Shown: positions 18,851-30,515 of the stretch, one piece after another | Layout: each line of letters opens with the position of its first letter | Position numbering within the stretch: position 1 is the stretch's first letter | Source: an uncultured Erysipelotrichales bacterium | GTDB taxonomy: Bacteria > Bacillota_I > Bacilli_A > Erysipelotrichales > CAZWEF01 | Direction of reading: 5' to 3' | Length of the DNA: 48,824 bases | NCBI GenBank assembly: GCA_964632125.1 | Contig: CAZWEF010000005.1 | Coordinates: 1 to 48,824, forward strand | Translations under genes and position numbers: made by a program | Notes under the pieces: model-generated | What the model saw: only the letters and a program-made list of their open reading frames with translations | Databases searched by the model: none | What the model was told of the DNA's origin: nothing

Positions 18851-19549
18851 ATGATCAATTTAATTAATGTATCAAAAAAATATAAAACAGGAGTGCGTGC
18901 ACTCAATGATGTTACCTTGACCATTGATGAAGGTGATTTTGTTTATGTCATTGGATCAACGGGTGCTGGTAAATCAACGTTTATAAAACTTTTATATCGT
19001 GAAGAAAAGCCTACAACAGGTAAAGTCATTGTTAATGGTCAAGACGTTGGGCGCATTAAGAATCGCAAGGCATGTTATTTTAGACGAAACATAGGTATTG
19101 TGTTTCAAGATTATCGTTTATTAAATAAAAAAACTGTGTTTGAAAATATTGCTTTTGCAATGGAAGTGACGGATGCAAGGAAAAAAGATATTCGTGATCG
19201 AGTGAAAGAAGTGCTTAATTTGGTTGGGCTTGAAGATAAAGTGAAGTCATTTCCAAATCAACTTTCAGGTGGTCAACAACAACGTGTTGTCATAGCACGT
19301 GCTATTGTCAACCGTCCAAAGGTTTTAATTTGTGATGAACCAACTGGAAATCTTGATCCTGAAACAGCAAGAGAAATTATGGATGTGCTTGAAAGAATTA
19401 ATAAAGAAGAGCGTACAACAATTGTGATGGTAACGCATGACAAAAATATAGTCGACCATTACATTCATCGAACCATTCGCATTGAGGGTGGCTTTGTAAC
19501 CCTTGATACTGAGGAAGGGGGTTATGAAAGTGTTCAGAGAAATTTTTAG
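18851..19549 (+). CDS. ftsE: Cell division ATP-binding protein FtsE
   Basis: GSTGAGKST, IVFQDYRLL, LSGGQQQR, DEPTGNLD. Upstream of ftsX. ATG after GGAGG. Confidence 0.95.
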   Translation: MINLINVSKKYKTGVRALNDVTLTIDEGDFVYVIGSTGAGKSTFIKLLYREEKPTTGKVIVNGQDVGRIKNRKACYFRRNIGIVFQDYRLLNKKTVFENIAFAMEVTDARKKDIRDRVKEVLNLVGLEDKVKSFPNQLSGGQQQRVVIARAIVNRPKVLICDEPTGNLDPETAREIMDVLERINKEERTTIVMVTHDKNIVDHYIHRTIRIEGGFVTLDTEEGGYESVQRNF

Positions 19550-20441
19550 TACCATTCGTAATTTACCAAGGCATCTTAAGTCAGCGTTTCAAGGGGTTAT
19601 TCGGAACGGTGCGATGTCGATTAGCTCAATGGTTGCAGTGACTATTACCTTGATTCTTGTTAGTGTTGTCATGGTTGTTGCGTTGAATGTTCAGAGTGTA
19701 ACGGTGAATATTGAAGAAAACCTTCAAATTTATGTACAACTTGAACGAGATGTTACTGATGAAAGACTTGCTGAGATAACACAGTTTATTAACAATATAC
19801 CTGAGGTTAAAAAGAGCGTTTTTAGTAGTAAGGAAGATGAGCTTAAGGCACTTACTGAAGAACTTGGGGATGATACGAGTTTTGCAGACCTTTTAACAGG
19901 TGATAATCCACTAGGCCATGCATTTAAAGTATATGTGGATGACAGCAAGGATCTTGAGAAAGTACAAGCTTTAATTTTGAATGAATATGGTGTACATAAA
20001 GCAAGTATGGGTGGTGCTGCAACCACAACCATGCTTAAGACCTTTGAAACCATTCGTAATGGTGGTTTTATTTTCGCTGCAGCTCTGTCAGCACTCGCTA
20101 TTTTCATGATCTCAAACACGATTAAATTAACCATCGTTGCTAGAAAGACAGAAATTGAAATTATGCGTCTTGTTGGTGCTTCAAATGCTTACATTCGAGT
20201 GCCGTTTATGCTAGAAGGTATTTTGATTGGTGTTTTTGGGTCAATTATTCCAATAGGGTTATCAGTTTATGGCTATCAAAAGATGTATGATATGATGGGT
20301 GGTGTTTTAGGTTCACAACTTCTTAAACTTGTGACACCAATGCCATTTGTGATTCAACTTAGCTTGATTTTAATTCTCACTGGTGTAGTAGTGGGTTTTG
20401 TAGGAAGCTTTTTATCAGTTAATCGATTCTTGAAAAAGTAG
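19524..20441 (+). CDS. ftsX: Cell division permease FtsX
   Basis: ISNTIKLTIVARKTEIEIMRLVGASNAYIRVPFMLEG signature, 4 TMs. Confidence 0.95.
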   Translation: MKVFREIFSTIRNLPRHLKSAFQGVIRNGAMSISSMVAVTITLILVSVVMVVALNVQSVTVNIEENLQIYVQLERDVTDERLAEITQFINNIPEVKKSVFSSKEDELKALTEELGDDTSFADLLTGDNPLGHAFKVYVDDSKDLEKVQALILNEYGVHKASMGGAATTTMLKTFETIRNGGFIFAAALSALAIFMISNTIKLTIVARKTEIEIMRLVGASNAYIRVPFMLEGILIGVFGSIIPIGLSVYGYQKMYDMMGGVLGSQLLKLVTPMPFVIQLSLILILTGVVVGFVGSFLSVNRFLKK

Positions 20442-20456
20442 GTAACTACTTTTTTT
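20433..20456 (+). terminator. Probable terminator after ftsX
   Basis: AAAAAGTAG-GTAA-CTACTTTTT plus T-run. Confidence 0.6.
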
Positions 20457-20466
20457 GTTTTAAACA

Positions 20467-20495
20467 TAGGCATGGCTTGAATGCTATGATATAAT
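20467..20495 (+). promoter_or_regulatory. Promoter for ctpA-uvrB
   Basis: TAGGCA-17 bp-TATAAT with TGn extension (TGATATAAT). Confidence 0.6.
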
Positions 20496-20516
20496 AGCGA
20501 TATTGAGGTGATAAAA

Positions 20517-21980
20517 ATGGATGAGAAGGTTTCGGTTAAATTGGTTCGATATGAAGATGAAATTAAACAAGAAGTAAAACGTTCAATGCGTCCCGTATTG
20601 ATTATTGTATTGATTATTGGGCTTGTTTTGGGAGGGAGTACGATGTATTTCCTTGGTGGATCAAAACAAGGAGCTCAATCAACTAAAAATGAAAGCAACT
20701 TTGATCAAGTGTTTAATATTATGACCTCTGAGTGGTACTTTGGAAGAGATATTGAACAAATCAATGAAGTGATGATGAATAATGCAATTGTTGGAATGGT
20801 AAAAGAAGCAGGTGATCCCTATACAACATATGTTTTACCTGATCAAGCCAAGGAATTCATGGAAGGATTATCGGGGAGCTATGAGGGGATTGGTGTTTCA
20901 TATCGATTAGAATCGGGTACTTTTCGTATCCTAAGAGTATTCCAAGGTTCGCCAGCTGAGGCCGCAGGTCTAAAACCGGGTGATATTATTATTGGTGTTG
21001 ACGGACAAAATGTTGAAGGCAAAGATCAAAATGAACTTGCAAAACTGGTAAAAGGACCTAAAGGGTCTAGTGTTGTGATACAAGTAAGAAGAGGTCTTGA
21101 AACACTTGAATTTACAGCTATACGCGCAAGTATTGATCATAGTACCAACGCGGAGATTCGTGAAGAAGCAGGTAAGAAAATTGGTTATGTTGAAATCACA
21201 CAGTTTGCTGAAAAGACGGCGGAAGAGCTTAAAGTAAATTTAGAATCATTTAAAGCTGCAGGTGTGGAATATTTAATCATTGATTTAAGAGGGAATCCTG
21301 GAGGGTATTTGGCTACCGTTCAAGCTGTTTTGGATTTGTTGTTGCCAAAAGATCAAGTGATTTTACAAGTTCAAGATATTAAAGGATCAATTGAGAAATA
21401 TGTCACCAAAACAGGTGTACAGTTTGAGTTTAAGGATACAATTTTATTGATTGATGAACATTCTGCAAGTGCATCTGAAGTAATGGCTGCAGCAATGAGT
21501 GAACTTGCACAAACGAAAATGATTGGTAAAAATACATTTGGTAAAGGAACAGTTCAAACATCAATTCCTTTTAAAGATGGGGCTATCATGAAGTACACAT
21601 TTGCTGAGTGGTTGACACCAAGTGGTAAACCACTAAATAAAATAGGGGTTGCACCAACGATTGAGGTTGACTCATTGTTTTCGAATATTCAAGTGATTGA
21701 GCTTACTGAAACACTACGCTATGATCAAGTGTCACCAGAGATTGCGAAGATGCAAAAGATATTAAAGTTAGACGGTCTTGATCCAGGTAGGGAAGATGGT
21801 TATTTTAATCAACAAACAAAAGTAGCTCTGGAATCGTTTCAAGCAAGTAAAGGCATTGATGTAACTGGTGAGTTAGATGCTTTAACAGCGAGAACATTGA
21901 TGGATTCGCTCTACCAAAGAATTGATGATGTCACATATGATTTACCTTACCAAGCAGCTTTAAAAGCTTTGGGGAATTAA
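20517..21980 (+). CDS. ctpA: S41 family carboxyl-terminal protease with PDZ and peptidoglycan-binding domains
   Basis: [16 protein letters not shown] (PDZ), [22 protein letters not shown], and a C-terminal PG-binding motif (DGYF...T..AL..FQ...G). Confidence 0.92.
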   Translation: MDEKVSVKLVRYEDEIKQEVKRSMRPVLIIVLIIGLVLGGSTMYFLGGSKQGAQSTKNESNFDQVFNIMTSEWYFGRDIEQINEVMMNNAIVGMVKEAGDPYTTYVLPDQAKEFMEGLSGSYEGIGVSYRLESGTFRILRVFQGSPAEAAGLKPGDIIIGVDGQNVEGKDQNELAKLVKGPKGSSVVIQVRRGLETLEFTAIRASIDHSTNAEIREEAGKKIGYVEITQFAEKTAEELKVNLESFKAAGVEYLIIDLRGNPGGYLATVQAVLDLLLPKDQVILQVQDIKGSIEKYVTKTGVQFEFKDTILLIDEHSASASEVMAAAMSELAQTKMIGKNTFGKGTVQTSIPFKDGAIMKYTFAEWLTPSGKPLNKIGVAPTIEVDSLFSNIQVIELTETLRYDQVSPEIAKMQKILKLDGLDPGREDGYFNQQTKVALESFQASKGIDVTGELDALTARTLMDSLYQRIDDVTYDLPYQAALKALGN

Positions 21981-21981
21981 G

Positions 21982-23949
21982 ATGAATGCATTTAAATTAG
22001 TCGCAGCTTATACACCAAAAGGTGATCAACCACAAGCAATTGAAGCATTGAGTAAAGGGGTCATTGGGGGAAAGAAATTTCAAGTGTTGTTAGGTGCAAC
22101 TGGAACAGGTAAGACGTATACGATTTCAAACGTCATAGAGCGTGTCCAAAAACCAACGCTTGTACTTGCTCATAATAAAACGTTAGCAGGGCAATTATAC
22201 AGTGAATTGAAGGAATTTTTTCCAAACAATCGAGTTGAGTACTTTGTTTCAAATTTCGACTTCTATCAACCTGAAGCTTATTTACCATCATCTGATACTT
22301 ACATTGACAAAAGTACAAAGACAAATCATGAAATAGAAATGTTACGATCTTCGGCTACCAATTCATTAATGGAGCGAAGAGATGTCATTGTGGTTGCTTC
22401 AGTGGCTTCAATTTATGGGTTAGGTAATCCAGAACAATACAGAAGTATGGTGTTTTCACTTCGTGTAGGGCAACAAATTGATCGAAAAGAATTGTTAACT
22501 TATTTAGTTGATAGACAATACCAACGCAATGATATTGAACCAACAAGAGGCACATTTAGAGTGAGGGGTGATGTTATTGAGATTGTCCCTGGCTATACAG
22601 AAGAGCGTATTATACGCATCGAATTGTTTGGCGATGAGATTGACCGATTGAGTTGGGTTGATCCGTTAACCGGACATGCTTTAGAGACATTTCAACATAT
22701 CGCACTATCACCGGCTTATGACTATGTCACCACCAAAGAACAAATGAAACAAGCATGTGAAACGATTGAAATAGAATTGAATGAACGCTTAGCTTATTTT
22801 AAAGAAGAGAATATGCTGCTTGAATACCAGCGACTTGAGCAACGGACAAGACATGATATTGAAATGTTGCGTGAAGTTGGTATGTGTTCAGGTATTGAAA
22901 ACTATTCTCGTCATATTGATGGCCGTCAACCAGGACAACGTCCATATACGTTGTTAGACTATTTTCCTGAAGATTTCTTACTTGTTGTTGATGAATCGCA
23001 TGTGATGTTGCCACAAATTAGAGGTATGTACAATGGTGATCGAGGGCGCAAAGAAGTGCTTGTTAATTACGGATTCCGATTACCTAGTGCGATGGACAAT
23101 CGACCACTGAGATTTGAAGAATTTCAAGAAATTTATCAACAAGCTATTTTCGTATCTGCAACGCCAGGTGACTTTGAACTTGAACAAGTAAATCATGAAG
23201 TTGTTCAACAGATTATCCGTCCTACAGGATTACTTGATCCAGAGATTATCGTTAAGCCTTCAAAAGGACAAATTGATGATATTATTGAGCAAATACGTTT
23301 ACGTAAAGATAAAAATGAGCGTGTTTTAATTACGACTTTAACCAAGCGTATGGCTGAGGATTTATCATCTTATTTAAAAGAATTGGGATTGAAAGTGGCT
23401 TATTTGCATTCTGATACGAAGACTTTAGAACGGATTGAGATTTTGAGAGAACTACGCCTAGGTAAATATGATACTTTAGTTGGTATTAATTTATTAAGGG
23501 AAGGGCTTGATCTTCCTGAAGTTTCACTAGTTGCTATATTAGACGCTGATAAAGAAGGTTTTTTAAGGTCTCATCGGTCACTGATTCAAACCATTGGGCG
23601 TGCTGCTAGAAACGCTAATGGACAAGTGATCATGTATGCTGATCGTATTACGGATTCAATGGAAACTGCGATTGAGGAAACGGCACGACGCCGTGCCATT
23701 CAAGAAGCGTATAATGAGGCACATGGTATCACACCAAAAACGATTATTAAAGATATTCGTGAAGCGGTACGAGGTAAAGAAGTTGAGGAAACGGTTGATA
23801 AAGTGAGAAAAGGCAAATCAATTTCTAAAAAAGCAAAAGAGAAACTGATTGCTGATTTAGATGCTCAAATGAAACAAGCTGCAAAAGATTTAGATTTTGA
23901 GCGTGCTGCAGAATTGAGAGATGCTTTATTTGAACTTAAAATGGATTGA
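21982..23949 (+). CDS. uvrB: Excinuclease ABC subunit B
   Basis: [36 protein letters not shown]-terminal UVR motif. Confidence 0.98.
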   Translation: MNAFKLVAAYTPKGDQPQAIEALSKGVIGGKKFQVLLGATGTGKTYTISNVIERVQKPTLVLAHNKTLAGQLYSELKEFFPNNRVEYFVSNFDFYQPEAYLPSSDTYIDKSTKTNHEIEMLRSSATNSLMERRDVIVVASVASIYGLGNPEQYRSMVFSLRVGQQIDRKELLTYLVDRQYQRNDIEPTRGTFRVRGDVIEIVPGYTEERIIRIELFGDEIDRLSWVDPLTGHALETFQHIALSPAYDYVTTKEQMKQACETIEIELNERLAYFKEENMLLEYQRLEQRTRHDIEMLREVGMCSGIENYSRHIDGRQPGQRPYTLLDYFPEDFLLVVDESHVMLPQIRGMYNGDRGRKEVLVNYGFRLPSAMDNRPLRFEEFQEIYQQAIFVSATPGDFELEQVNHEVVQQIIRPTGLLDPEIIVKPSKGQIDDIIEQIRLRKDKNERVLITTLTKRMAEDLSSYLKELGLKVAYLHSDTKTLERIEILRELRLGKYDTLVGINLLREGLDLPEVSLVAILDADKEGFLRSHRSLIQTIGRAARNANGQVIMYADRITDSMETAIEETARRRAIQEAYNEAHGITPKTIIKDIREAVRGKEVEETVDKVRKGKSISKKAKEKLIADLDAQMKQAAKDLDFERAAELRDALFELKMD

Positions 23950-23975
23950 AAAAACGTCGCATATGCGGCGTTTTA
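23949..23975. terminator. Bidirectional terminator between uvrB and the convergent GDPD-like gene
   Basis: AAAACGTCGC-ATAT-GCGGCGTTTT with A-run upstream and T-run downstream. Confidence 0.75.
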
Positions 23976-25721
23976 TTGTTCTTGAAACGTTATTGATAGA
24001 CGTAATGCATCTTGTACTTTGTTTGTTACAATCGCTGTAACATGTTGCTTTGCAAGTGGTGCAAATTGATCGATTGATTGAGCACCATAAACAAATACTT
24101 GTTTACCCTGAAGGTGCATCAATGAAATATGGCGTTGCGTTACCTTATCTTCATGTACTTGTGAGATATCAGTTGATATGAAGGTCGGGATTTTTTTATC
24201 ATGTGGTGTGATAATGCCACTTGTTATATTTGGAACAAGTAATTGTAAATAAGTTGGTACATGAATGTTAGAAGATAGAATTGACGAATTATTTGATTGC
24301 CCATGAATTTGAATGAGATAAGCAATTTTTTGAAGAATGTTTGTATCTCGATTGGTTAAATTTCTCTTTGGATCCATTAAACCACCTTCACCTGTTTGAT
24401 AAATAATGTTTAAGTGAATACGGTTGATTGATATTAAAATAGCTTCTTCTAATGTCATAAACGGTTCTTGCTCATGTGTGAGCTTTTTTAAGTCACTGTA
24501 CAAAAGATCCTCAATTAATTTGGTTTCTTCTCCATCCTTAACTAAAGAAGTGTTGGACAATACAAGAGCACCATCTTTTGTCATTTTGACTTCAACTTCA
24601 ACTTGATTGGCACCAATGCTAATCGCATGCTCCATGTGTCGTTTTGAGTTCGGTTGAATTCCATCAATGACATCATTTGAAGCAACCACAGTAACACGTG
24701 CTTGCATAGGGAAATGAAATGAGACTAACTGACTTTGCACAATCAAATAGGTTGCAATTAGAACAACACCGCCTCGATATAAAATATGTCTAAGCCAAAT
24801 AATGCGTTGTGAATCAAATGCATTAATTGATTGGTTTCTTTTCATTTTGTGATGATCTATCTTAACAATAGCTGAGATGAGTAGAGGATAAGCAAGTGAA
24901 TAAAAAATGAGTGTTAGTAAAACTTTTGTAATAAAAATCATGACTGATAAAAGTGAAACAAAGTAAATATTGGTTAGTCTTAAAAATGATAAAACAAAAC
25001 TCAATGCAAATGGTAAGAAATGAAGGGATAAACCAATCAAAAGTAAGATGACTTGGTACATCATTATCATTAAAATGATTTTAATGCGTCTTCCTTTTGT
25101 TTCCTGAACACTTATTGAAATGGCTTCTTTTAATGTGTTTGTTTTAGGTAGATAAATAAACAAGAACAAATAGCGGCTTAAAAGCACATAGGATCCTACT
25201 GCAAATATGACAAATATAGCCAATGAATAAGGATTTGTGAATATAAAATAAATGAAATAATTTGGTATTTGTGCAGTTGGGAAATAAAGTAAGCCAATGA
25301 CAATTGTTGTATGGAAAGTAAAAGCAAATAGAGTTAGTAAGAAAGTAAAAAAGCCAGGTTTTATGACTTTTTTTCCACTGTTCCATAATGGCGTAAAAAG
25401 CGTATGTTGTTCATTTGTTTTTGTTTGAGATAACATAATCATTAATCCCTGAAGCTCAACAAAGGAAATGATGAGGACTAAAAATACAATTAAAGTGAAG
25501 TAAAATAAACCAAGGGGACTAAACAGTAGTGAAGCAATGGTTGCTTTTGATGATGTACTATTAGCCCATAAAGAAATCATGTTATTTAGTAGCTGAGTTA
25601 AAACAGGGACTGTAATCGCGACAAAAATCAAACGTGTAATCAATGCGTAAATGCCAACACGATAATAGGATTGAATAAGTTGTTTTATTATGGGTTGGAT
25701 CGATGATTTAATTTGACTCAT
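23973..25721 (-). CDS. Membrane-domain glycerophosphodiester phosphodiesterase-like protein, degenerate active site
   Basis: N-terminal multi-TM domain. C-terminal GDPD-like segment (AISIGANQVEVEVKMTKDGALVL...TLEE...IVTN). RBS AGGAGG. Confidence 0.8.
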   Translation of the reverse strand: MSQIKSSIQPIIKQLIQSYYRVGIYALITRLIFVAITVPVLTQLLNNMISLWANSTSSKATIASLLFSPLGLFYFTLIVFLVLIISFVELQGLMIMLSQTKTNEQHTLFTPLWNSGKKVIKPGFFTFLLTLFAFTFHTTIVIGLLYFPTAQIPNYFIYFIFTNPYSLAIFVIFAVGSYVLLSRYLFLFIYLPKTNTLKEAISISVQETKGRRIKIILMIMMYQVILLLIGLSLHFLPFALSFVLSFLRLTNIYFVSLLSVMIFITKVLLTLIFYSLAYPLLISAIVKIDHHKMKRNQSINAFDSQRIIWLRHILYRGGVVLIATYLIVQSQLVSFHFPMQARVTVVASNDVIDGIQPNSKRHMEHAISIGANQVEVEVKMTKDGALVLSNTSLVKDGEETKLIEDLLYSDLKKLTHEQEPFMTLEEAILISINRIHLNIIYQTGEGGLMDPKRNLTNRDTNILQKIAYLIQIHGQSNNSSILSSNIHVPTYLQLLVPNITSGIITPHDKKIPTFISTDISQVHEDKVTQRHISLMHLQGKQVFVYGAQSIDQFAPLAKQHVTAIVTNKVQDALRLSITFQEQ

Positions 25722-25834
25722 GATAACACCTCCTAGACTTAGTTATGATAACATATTTTTAGTCATAAATAAACATGTATCCATCTTTATTTTAGAGGGG
25801 GAATTGGTTATAATGGTAGTATTGAGGTGAAAAG

Positions 25835-28654
25835 GTGTTAAAAGATAAGATTGTCATTAGAGGTGCAAGAAGTAATAATTTAAAAAATATTGATTTAGAA
25901 CTACCAAGAGGAAAGTTTATTATCATGACAGGGTTATCAGGTAGTGGGAAGTCATCTTTGGCATTTGATACCATCTATGCTGAAGGACAACGTCGCTATG
26001 TTGAGTCTTTGAGTGCTTATGCGAGACAATTTTTAGGTGGTGTTGAAAAGCCAGATGTAGACAGCATTGATGGGTTATCACCTGCGATTGCAATTGATCA
26101 AAAGTCAACACAAAACAATCCGCGTTCAACAGTAGGAACTGTGACAGAAATCTATGATTATTTGAGGCTTTTGTATGGTCGAGTAGGGGTGCCTTATTGC
26201 CCGACACATCATGAGCCAATTGTTGGTCAATCCATCAAACAAATGGTACAAAAGGTAATGAGTCTTAATGATGGTATGCGACTTCAAATTTTAGCACCAA
26301 TTGTTAAAGAAAAAAAAGGAACTCATAAGGATCGATTAGAACAACTTAAGAAAGACGGTTATATTCGTGTTCGCATCAATGGGGACATTAAAACGTTAGA
26401 TGAGCCTATTGAATTAGAAAAGAACAATCGCTATACCATAGAGGCTGTTGTCGATCGAATTGTTAAAAAAGAAGATAGTCAAAGTCGTCTATTTGATTCA
26501 ATTGAAACAGCTTTAAAACTAAGTGATGGGTTGGTAGTGATTGATGCTGGTGGCGAGGATATGCTTTTTTCATCTAAGTATGCATGTCGACATTGTGGAT
26601 TCTCGATACCTAATTTAGAACCACGTTTGTTTTCATTTAATGCGCCACTAGGCGCGTGTCCAACATGTAATGGCCTTGGGTATACAACCGAAGTAGATCC
26701 TGATTTATTGATGCCAGATAAAGCCTTGTCAATTAGACAAGGGGGTATTGTTTATCTTAAGAATATTGTCAATACTGAAAACATTGAATGGCAAATGTTT
26801 CAGGTATTGTTTGATTACTATCATATTGATATAGACACTCCACTTGAGAACATGAGTAAAAAAGATCTTGATATTATTTTAAATGGTTCAAAAGAACCGA
26901 TTCAATATACCATTGAATCACGTTCAGGCAATACCTTTAAAAAAACGGATTTTATTGAAGGTGTAAAAACACTAATTGAACGTCGTTACAACGAAACAAC
27001 GTCTAATATGATGAGAGATTGGTATGGTGGTTTTATGTCCGAACAAGTGTGTCATACATGCCATGGACAGCGTTTGAATGAACAAGCATTGGCGGTGTTG
27101 ATTGGTGGAAAAAACATTGCTCAAGTAACGGCATTGTCAATTGAAGACGCTGTACACTTTTTTAATGAGCTTGTTTTATCAAAAACGCATCAGGAAATAG
27201 CGACATTGGTGCTAAAGGAAATTAAAGAACGCCTGTCGTTTCTATTGAATGTTGGGCTTGATTATTTGACACTCTCACGTTCAGCTGGGACACTTTCGGG
27301 TGGGGAGGCTCAACGAATTCGTTTGGCAACACAAATAGGTTCTAAATTAACTGAGGTTTTGTATGTGTTGGATGAACCTTCGATTGGTTTGCATCAAAGA
27401 GACAATGCGCGTTTGATTGATGCATTGTTAAAAATGCGTGATTTAGGGAATACGTTGATTGTTGTTGAACATGATGAAGACACGATGAAGGCAAGTGATT
27501 ATATTGTGGATATTGGTCCAGGCGCAGGTGAACTTGGAGGCCAGGTTGTGGTTGCGGGTCCTATTGAAACCATTATGTCATGCGAGGCATCCATTACGGG
27601 GCAGTATTTAAGTGGGAAAAAAAGCATCCCAGTCCCTAAAAAAAGACGTAAAGGTAATGGACTAAGTATTGAAATTAAAAAAGCTGAAGCGAACAACTTA
27701 AAAGGTATTAATGTTAAAATACCATTGGGTCAATTGGTCGTGGTTACAGGTGTTTCAGGTGGCGGGAAGTCTTCACTTGTCAATGAAATCTTACTTAAAG
27801 GATTAGCGTCAAAGCTATATAAATCAAAAGATAAACCAGGCAAACATCAGCGTATTGTTGGTGTGGAACATATTGATAAAATTGTTGATGTTTCGCAAAG
27901 TCCAATAGGGCGTACACCAAGATCAAATCCTGCGACATATACAGGTGTCTTTGATGATATTCGTGATTTATTTACGCAAACAAAAGATGCAAAAATAAGA
28001 GGTTATGATAAAGGTCGCTTCTCCTTTAATGTTAAGGGTGGCCGATGTGAAACGTGTCAAGGCGATGGCGTACGTCGTATCTCAATGCATTTTTTACCTG
28101 ATGTGTATGTGCCATGCGAAGAGTGTGAAGGAAAACGATACAACCAAGAAACATTACAAGTCATGTATCGCGATGCGACAATCTACGATGTTTTAGAAAT
28201 GACAGTGACACATGCAAATGAATTTTTCCAAAATCTACCTAAAATTAAACGTAAACTTCAAATCTTAGAGGATGTTGGTTTAGGTTATATTAAGCTAGGT
28301 CAATCGGCGACAACATTATCTGGTGGTGAAGCGCAACGTGTCAAATTGGCTGCAGAACTTCAAAAAAGACCGACCGGTAAAACACTTTATATTTTAGATG
28401 AACCAACAACAGGACTTCATATGGATGATGTTGCTCGGCTAATTGAAGTGATTCAAAAGATTGTTGATCAAGGCGATAGTGTTGTGATTATTGAGCATAA
28501 CTTAGATGTGATTAAAGTAGCTGATTATATTATTGATTTAGGTCCTGAAGGTGGCGATAAAGGTGGTATGATTGTTGCAACTGGAACACCAGAACAGATT
28601 GCAAAGGTTGAAAAGAGTTATACAGGACAGTTTTTAAAAACATATTTAAAGTAA
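25835..28654 (+). CDS. uvrA: Excinuclease ABC subunit A
   Basis: GLSGSGKSSLAFDTIYAEGQRRY, two LSGGEAQR signatures, zinc-finger CxxC pairs. Confidence 0.98.
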   Translation: MLKDKIVIRGARSNNLKNIDLELPRGKFIIMTGLSGSGKSSLAFDTIYAEGQRRYVESLSAYARQFLGGVEKPDVDSIDGLSPAIAIDQKSTQNNPRSTVGTVTEIYDYLRLLYGRVGVPYCPTHHEPIVGQSIKQMVQKVMSLNDGMRLQILAPIVKEKKGTHKDRLEQLKKDGYIRVRINGDIKTLDEPIELEKNNRYTIEAVVDRIVKKEDSQSRLFDSIETALKLSDGLVVIDAGGEDMLFSSKYACRHCGFSIPNLEPRLFSFNAPLGACPTCNGLGYTTEVDPDLLMPDKALSIRQGGIVYLKNIVNTENIEWQMFQVLFDYYHIDIDTPLENMSKKDLDIILNGSKEPIQYTIESRSGNTFKKTDFIEGVKTLIERRYNETTSNMMRDWYGGFMSEQVCHTCHGQRLNEQALAVLIGGKNIAQVTALSIEDAVHFFNELVLSKTHQEIATLVLKEIKERLSFLLNVGLDYLTLSRSAGTLSGGEAQRIRLATQIGSKLTEVLYVLDEPSIGLHQRDNARLIDALLKMRDLGNTLIVVEHDEDTMKASDYIVDIGPGAGELGGQVVVAGPIETIMSCEASITGQYLSGKKSIPVPKKRRKGNGLSIEIKKAEANNLKGINVKIPLGQLVVVTGVSGGGKSSLVNEILLKGLASKLYKSKDKPGKHQRIVGVEHIDKIVDVSQSPIGRTPRSNPATYTGVFDDIRDLFTQTKDAKIRGYDKGRFSFNVKGGRCETCQGDGVRRISMHFLPDVYVPCEECEGKRYNQETLQVMYRDATIYDVLEMTVTHANEFFQNLPKIKRKLQILEDVGLGYIKLGQSATTLSGGEAQRVKLAAELQKRPTGKTLYILDEPTTGLHMDDVARLIEVIQKIVDQGDSVVIIEHNLDVIKVADYIIDLGPEGGDKGGMIVATGTPEQIAKVEKSYTGQFLKTYLK

Positions 28655-28659
28655 AGCGT

Positions 28660-28694
28660 AAACAAGAATAGAAAGTGTTTTTATTCTTGTTTTT
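28660..28694 (+). terminator. Probable terminator after uvrA
   Basis: AAACAAGAATA...TATTCTTGTTT inverted repeat plus Ts. Followed by an extended -10 TGATATAAT (28698-28706) for rapZ. Confidence 0.6.
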
Positions 28695-28726
28695 ATTTGA
28701 TATAATGAACTAAGGTAGGTGAAGAA

Positions 28727-29581
28727 ATGACAGTAAATATTGTAATTGTGACGGGTCTTTCAGGAGCAGGGAAAAGTAGTGTTATGTTGGCATTTGAAGC
28801 GTTAGGATATGAATGCATGGACAATTATCCCGTTGCATTGATGAGTTCACTTCGTCAGTATCTTGCACAGTCGCATAAGTACATGCACGTTGCGTTGGCA
28901 ATACCACTTGATGATGTGATGACTATTTATAATGAGTTGATCAATGAGGAAGCATTTAGTGTAACGTTGTTGTATTTGGATGCGGATAGTCAAACATTGG
29001 TTAGTCGTTATCAATTTACAAGACGTGTTCATCCATTGATTCTTGATCAAAAAGCCAATACTTTAGATGAAGCAATTGGTATTGAACAAACGATTGGAAA
29101 TAAAATTAAGCATGTTGCAGCAGAAGTCATTGATACAAGTAGTTTAAATCAAAGAGAATTAACCAATAAAATTCAATCATTATTCGCATATGATGTTCGT
29201 CAACATAAACTAGCGATATCTTTTGTGTCATTTGGATATCGATTTGGCATTCCTAAAGATAGTGATTTTATTTTTGATGTGCGTAGTTTGCCAAACCCTT
29301 TTTATGATAATGAATTAAGACCGATGACGGGTCTTGATGAACCTGTATATCGATATGTAATCGATGCACCTCAAACACAAGACTATATTGGTGCACTCAT
29401 GCCATTTTTAACCATGGTATTTAAGCAAGTTGAGGGTAGTGGTAAAAGACATATCGTTGTTGCTATTGGGTGCACTGGGGGTAAACATCGTTCAATTAGT
29501 CTATGCCGCTTCCTATCAGATCATTTTAAAGAACAATACCATGTCTACTTAGAACATAAGGAGTTAAAACGATATGAATAA
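28727..29581 (+). CDS. rapZ: RNase adapter RapZ / YvcJ P-loop protein
   Basis: TGLSGAGKS, DNYP, RRVHPL, SFGYRFGIP, DVRSLPNP, IGCTGGKHRS. Confidence 0.94.
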   Translation: MTVNIVIVTGLSGAGKSSVMLAFEALGYECMDNYPVALMSSLRQYLAQSHKYMHVALAIPLDDVMTIYNELINEEAFSVTLLYLDADSQTLVSRYQFTRRVHPLILDQKANTLDEAIGIEQTIGNKIKHVAAEVIDTSSLNQRELTNKIQSLFAYDVRQHKLAISFVSFGYRFGIPKDSDFIFDVRSLPNPFYDNELRPMTGLDEPVYRYVIDAPQTQDYIGALMPFLTMVFKQVEGSGKRHIVVAIGCTGGKHRSISLCRFLSDHFKEQYHVYLEHKELKRYE

Positions 29582-30515
29582 GAAAGTTGTTGTGATTGGT
29601 GGTGGCACTGGCCTTTCAACCATACTAACTGGTATTAAGAGCATTCCAAACATAGATATTTCTGCGATTGTATCAGTTGCGGATGATGGAGGAAGTACAG
29701 GTAAGATAACGCGTGACTTTAGAATGCCAGCAGTTGGAGATATCAGACGGGTACTTGTTTCGTTATCAAAGAGCAGTGATGTGCTAGACCAATTAATGAA
29801 TCATCGATTTATTGGAGCGAGTGATGTTTCAGGCCATGCACTAGGTAATTTAATGCTTGCAGGTATGTATAATATTACAGGAGATTTTTATGAAGCAGTC
29901 AGTCAAGTAGCAGCAATATTACAGGTAAAAGGTCATATTTATCCAATCTCTGATGAAGTGATGACACTTTATGCCATCATGGCGGATGATGTCATTGTTC
30001 AAGGGGAATCTAATATCCCTAAATACAAGAACCATATTAAACAAGTTTTTTATCAAGAAAACTATGATGTTAACCCTCATGCTGTCAATGCCATTATGGA
30101 AGCGGATTTAGTAATCCTTGGTATTGGAAGCTTGTATACAAGTATCTTGCCAGTTGTTATTTTAGATGATGTCAAAGAAGCGCTTCATAAAACATCGGCA
30201 AAAGTCATTTATATGTGTAATGGTATGACACAACCAGGAGAAACGGATGATTACGATGTAGAGACACATATAGCAGCCATCTATGAACATGCAGGACCTA
30301 TTTTAGATCAGGTTGTTGTTAATAATGCATCCTTCCATGATGATGTTCTAGCGGCTTATTTAGCAAAAGGAAGTAAACAAGTGCTACCCATCAAACAATC
30401 AAAGTTTGATGTGCCTATATTAAATGCGGACCTAATGAGTGGTTATGAGGGGTTGATTCGACATAATCCAATTAAAGTTGCACTATGTATTGAATCCATC
30501 ATTAAGGAGGACTAA
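29574..30515 (+). CDS. yvcK: YvcK/GlmR (CofD-like UDP-GlcNAc-binding) protein
   Basis: VVIGGGTGL, DDGGSTG, GHALGNL, GSLYTSILP, MTQPGET. Confidence 0.93.
   Translation: MNKKVVVIGGGTGLSTILTGIKSIPNIDISAIVSVADDGGSTGKITRDFRMPAVGDIRRVLVSLSKSSDVLDQLMNHRFIGASDVSGHALGNLMLAGMYNITGDFYEAVSQVAAILQVKGHIYPISDEVMTLYAIMADDVIVQGESNIPKYKNHIKQVFYQENYDVNPHAVNAIMEADLVILGIGSLYTSILPVVILDDVKEALHKTSAKVIYMCNGMTQPGETDDYDVETHIAAIYEHAGPILDQVVVNNASFHDDVLAAYLAKGSKQVLPIKQSKFDVPILNADLMSGYEGLIRHNPIKVALCIESIIKED

Noticed and set aside
25740-25834. LexA (Cheo) box upstream of uvrA
   Set aside because: The best candidate, AAACATGTATCC, is a poor match to GAAC-N4-GTTC. The 60-aa minus ORF at 25792-25974 is a shadow of uvrA.
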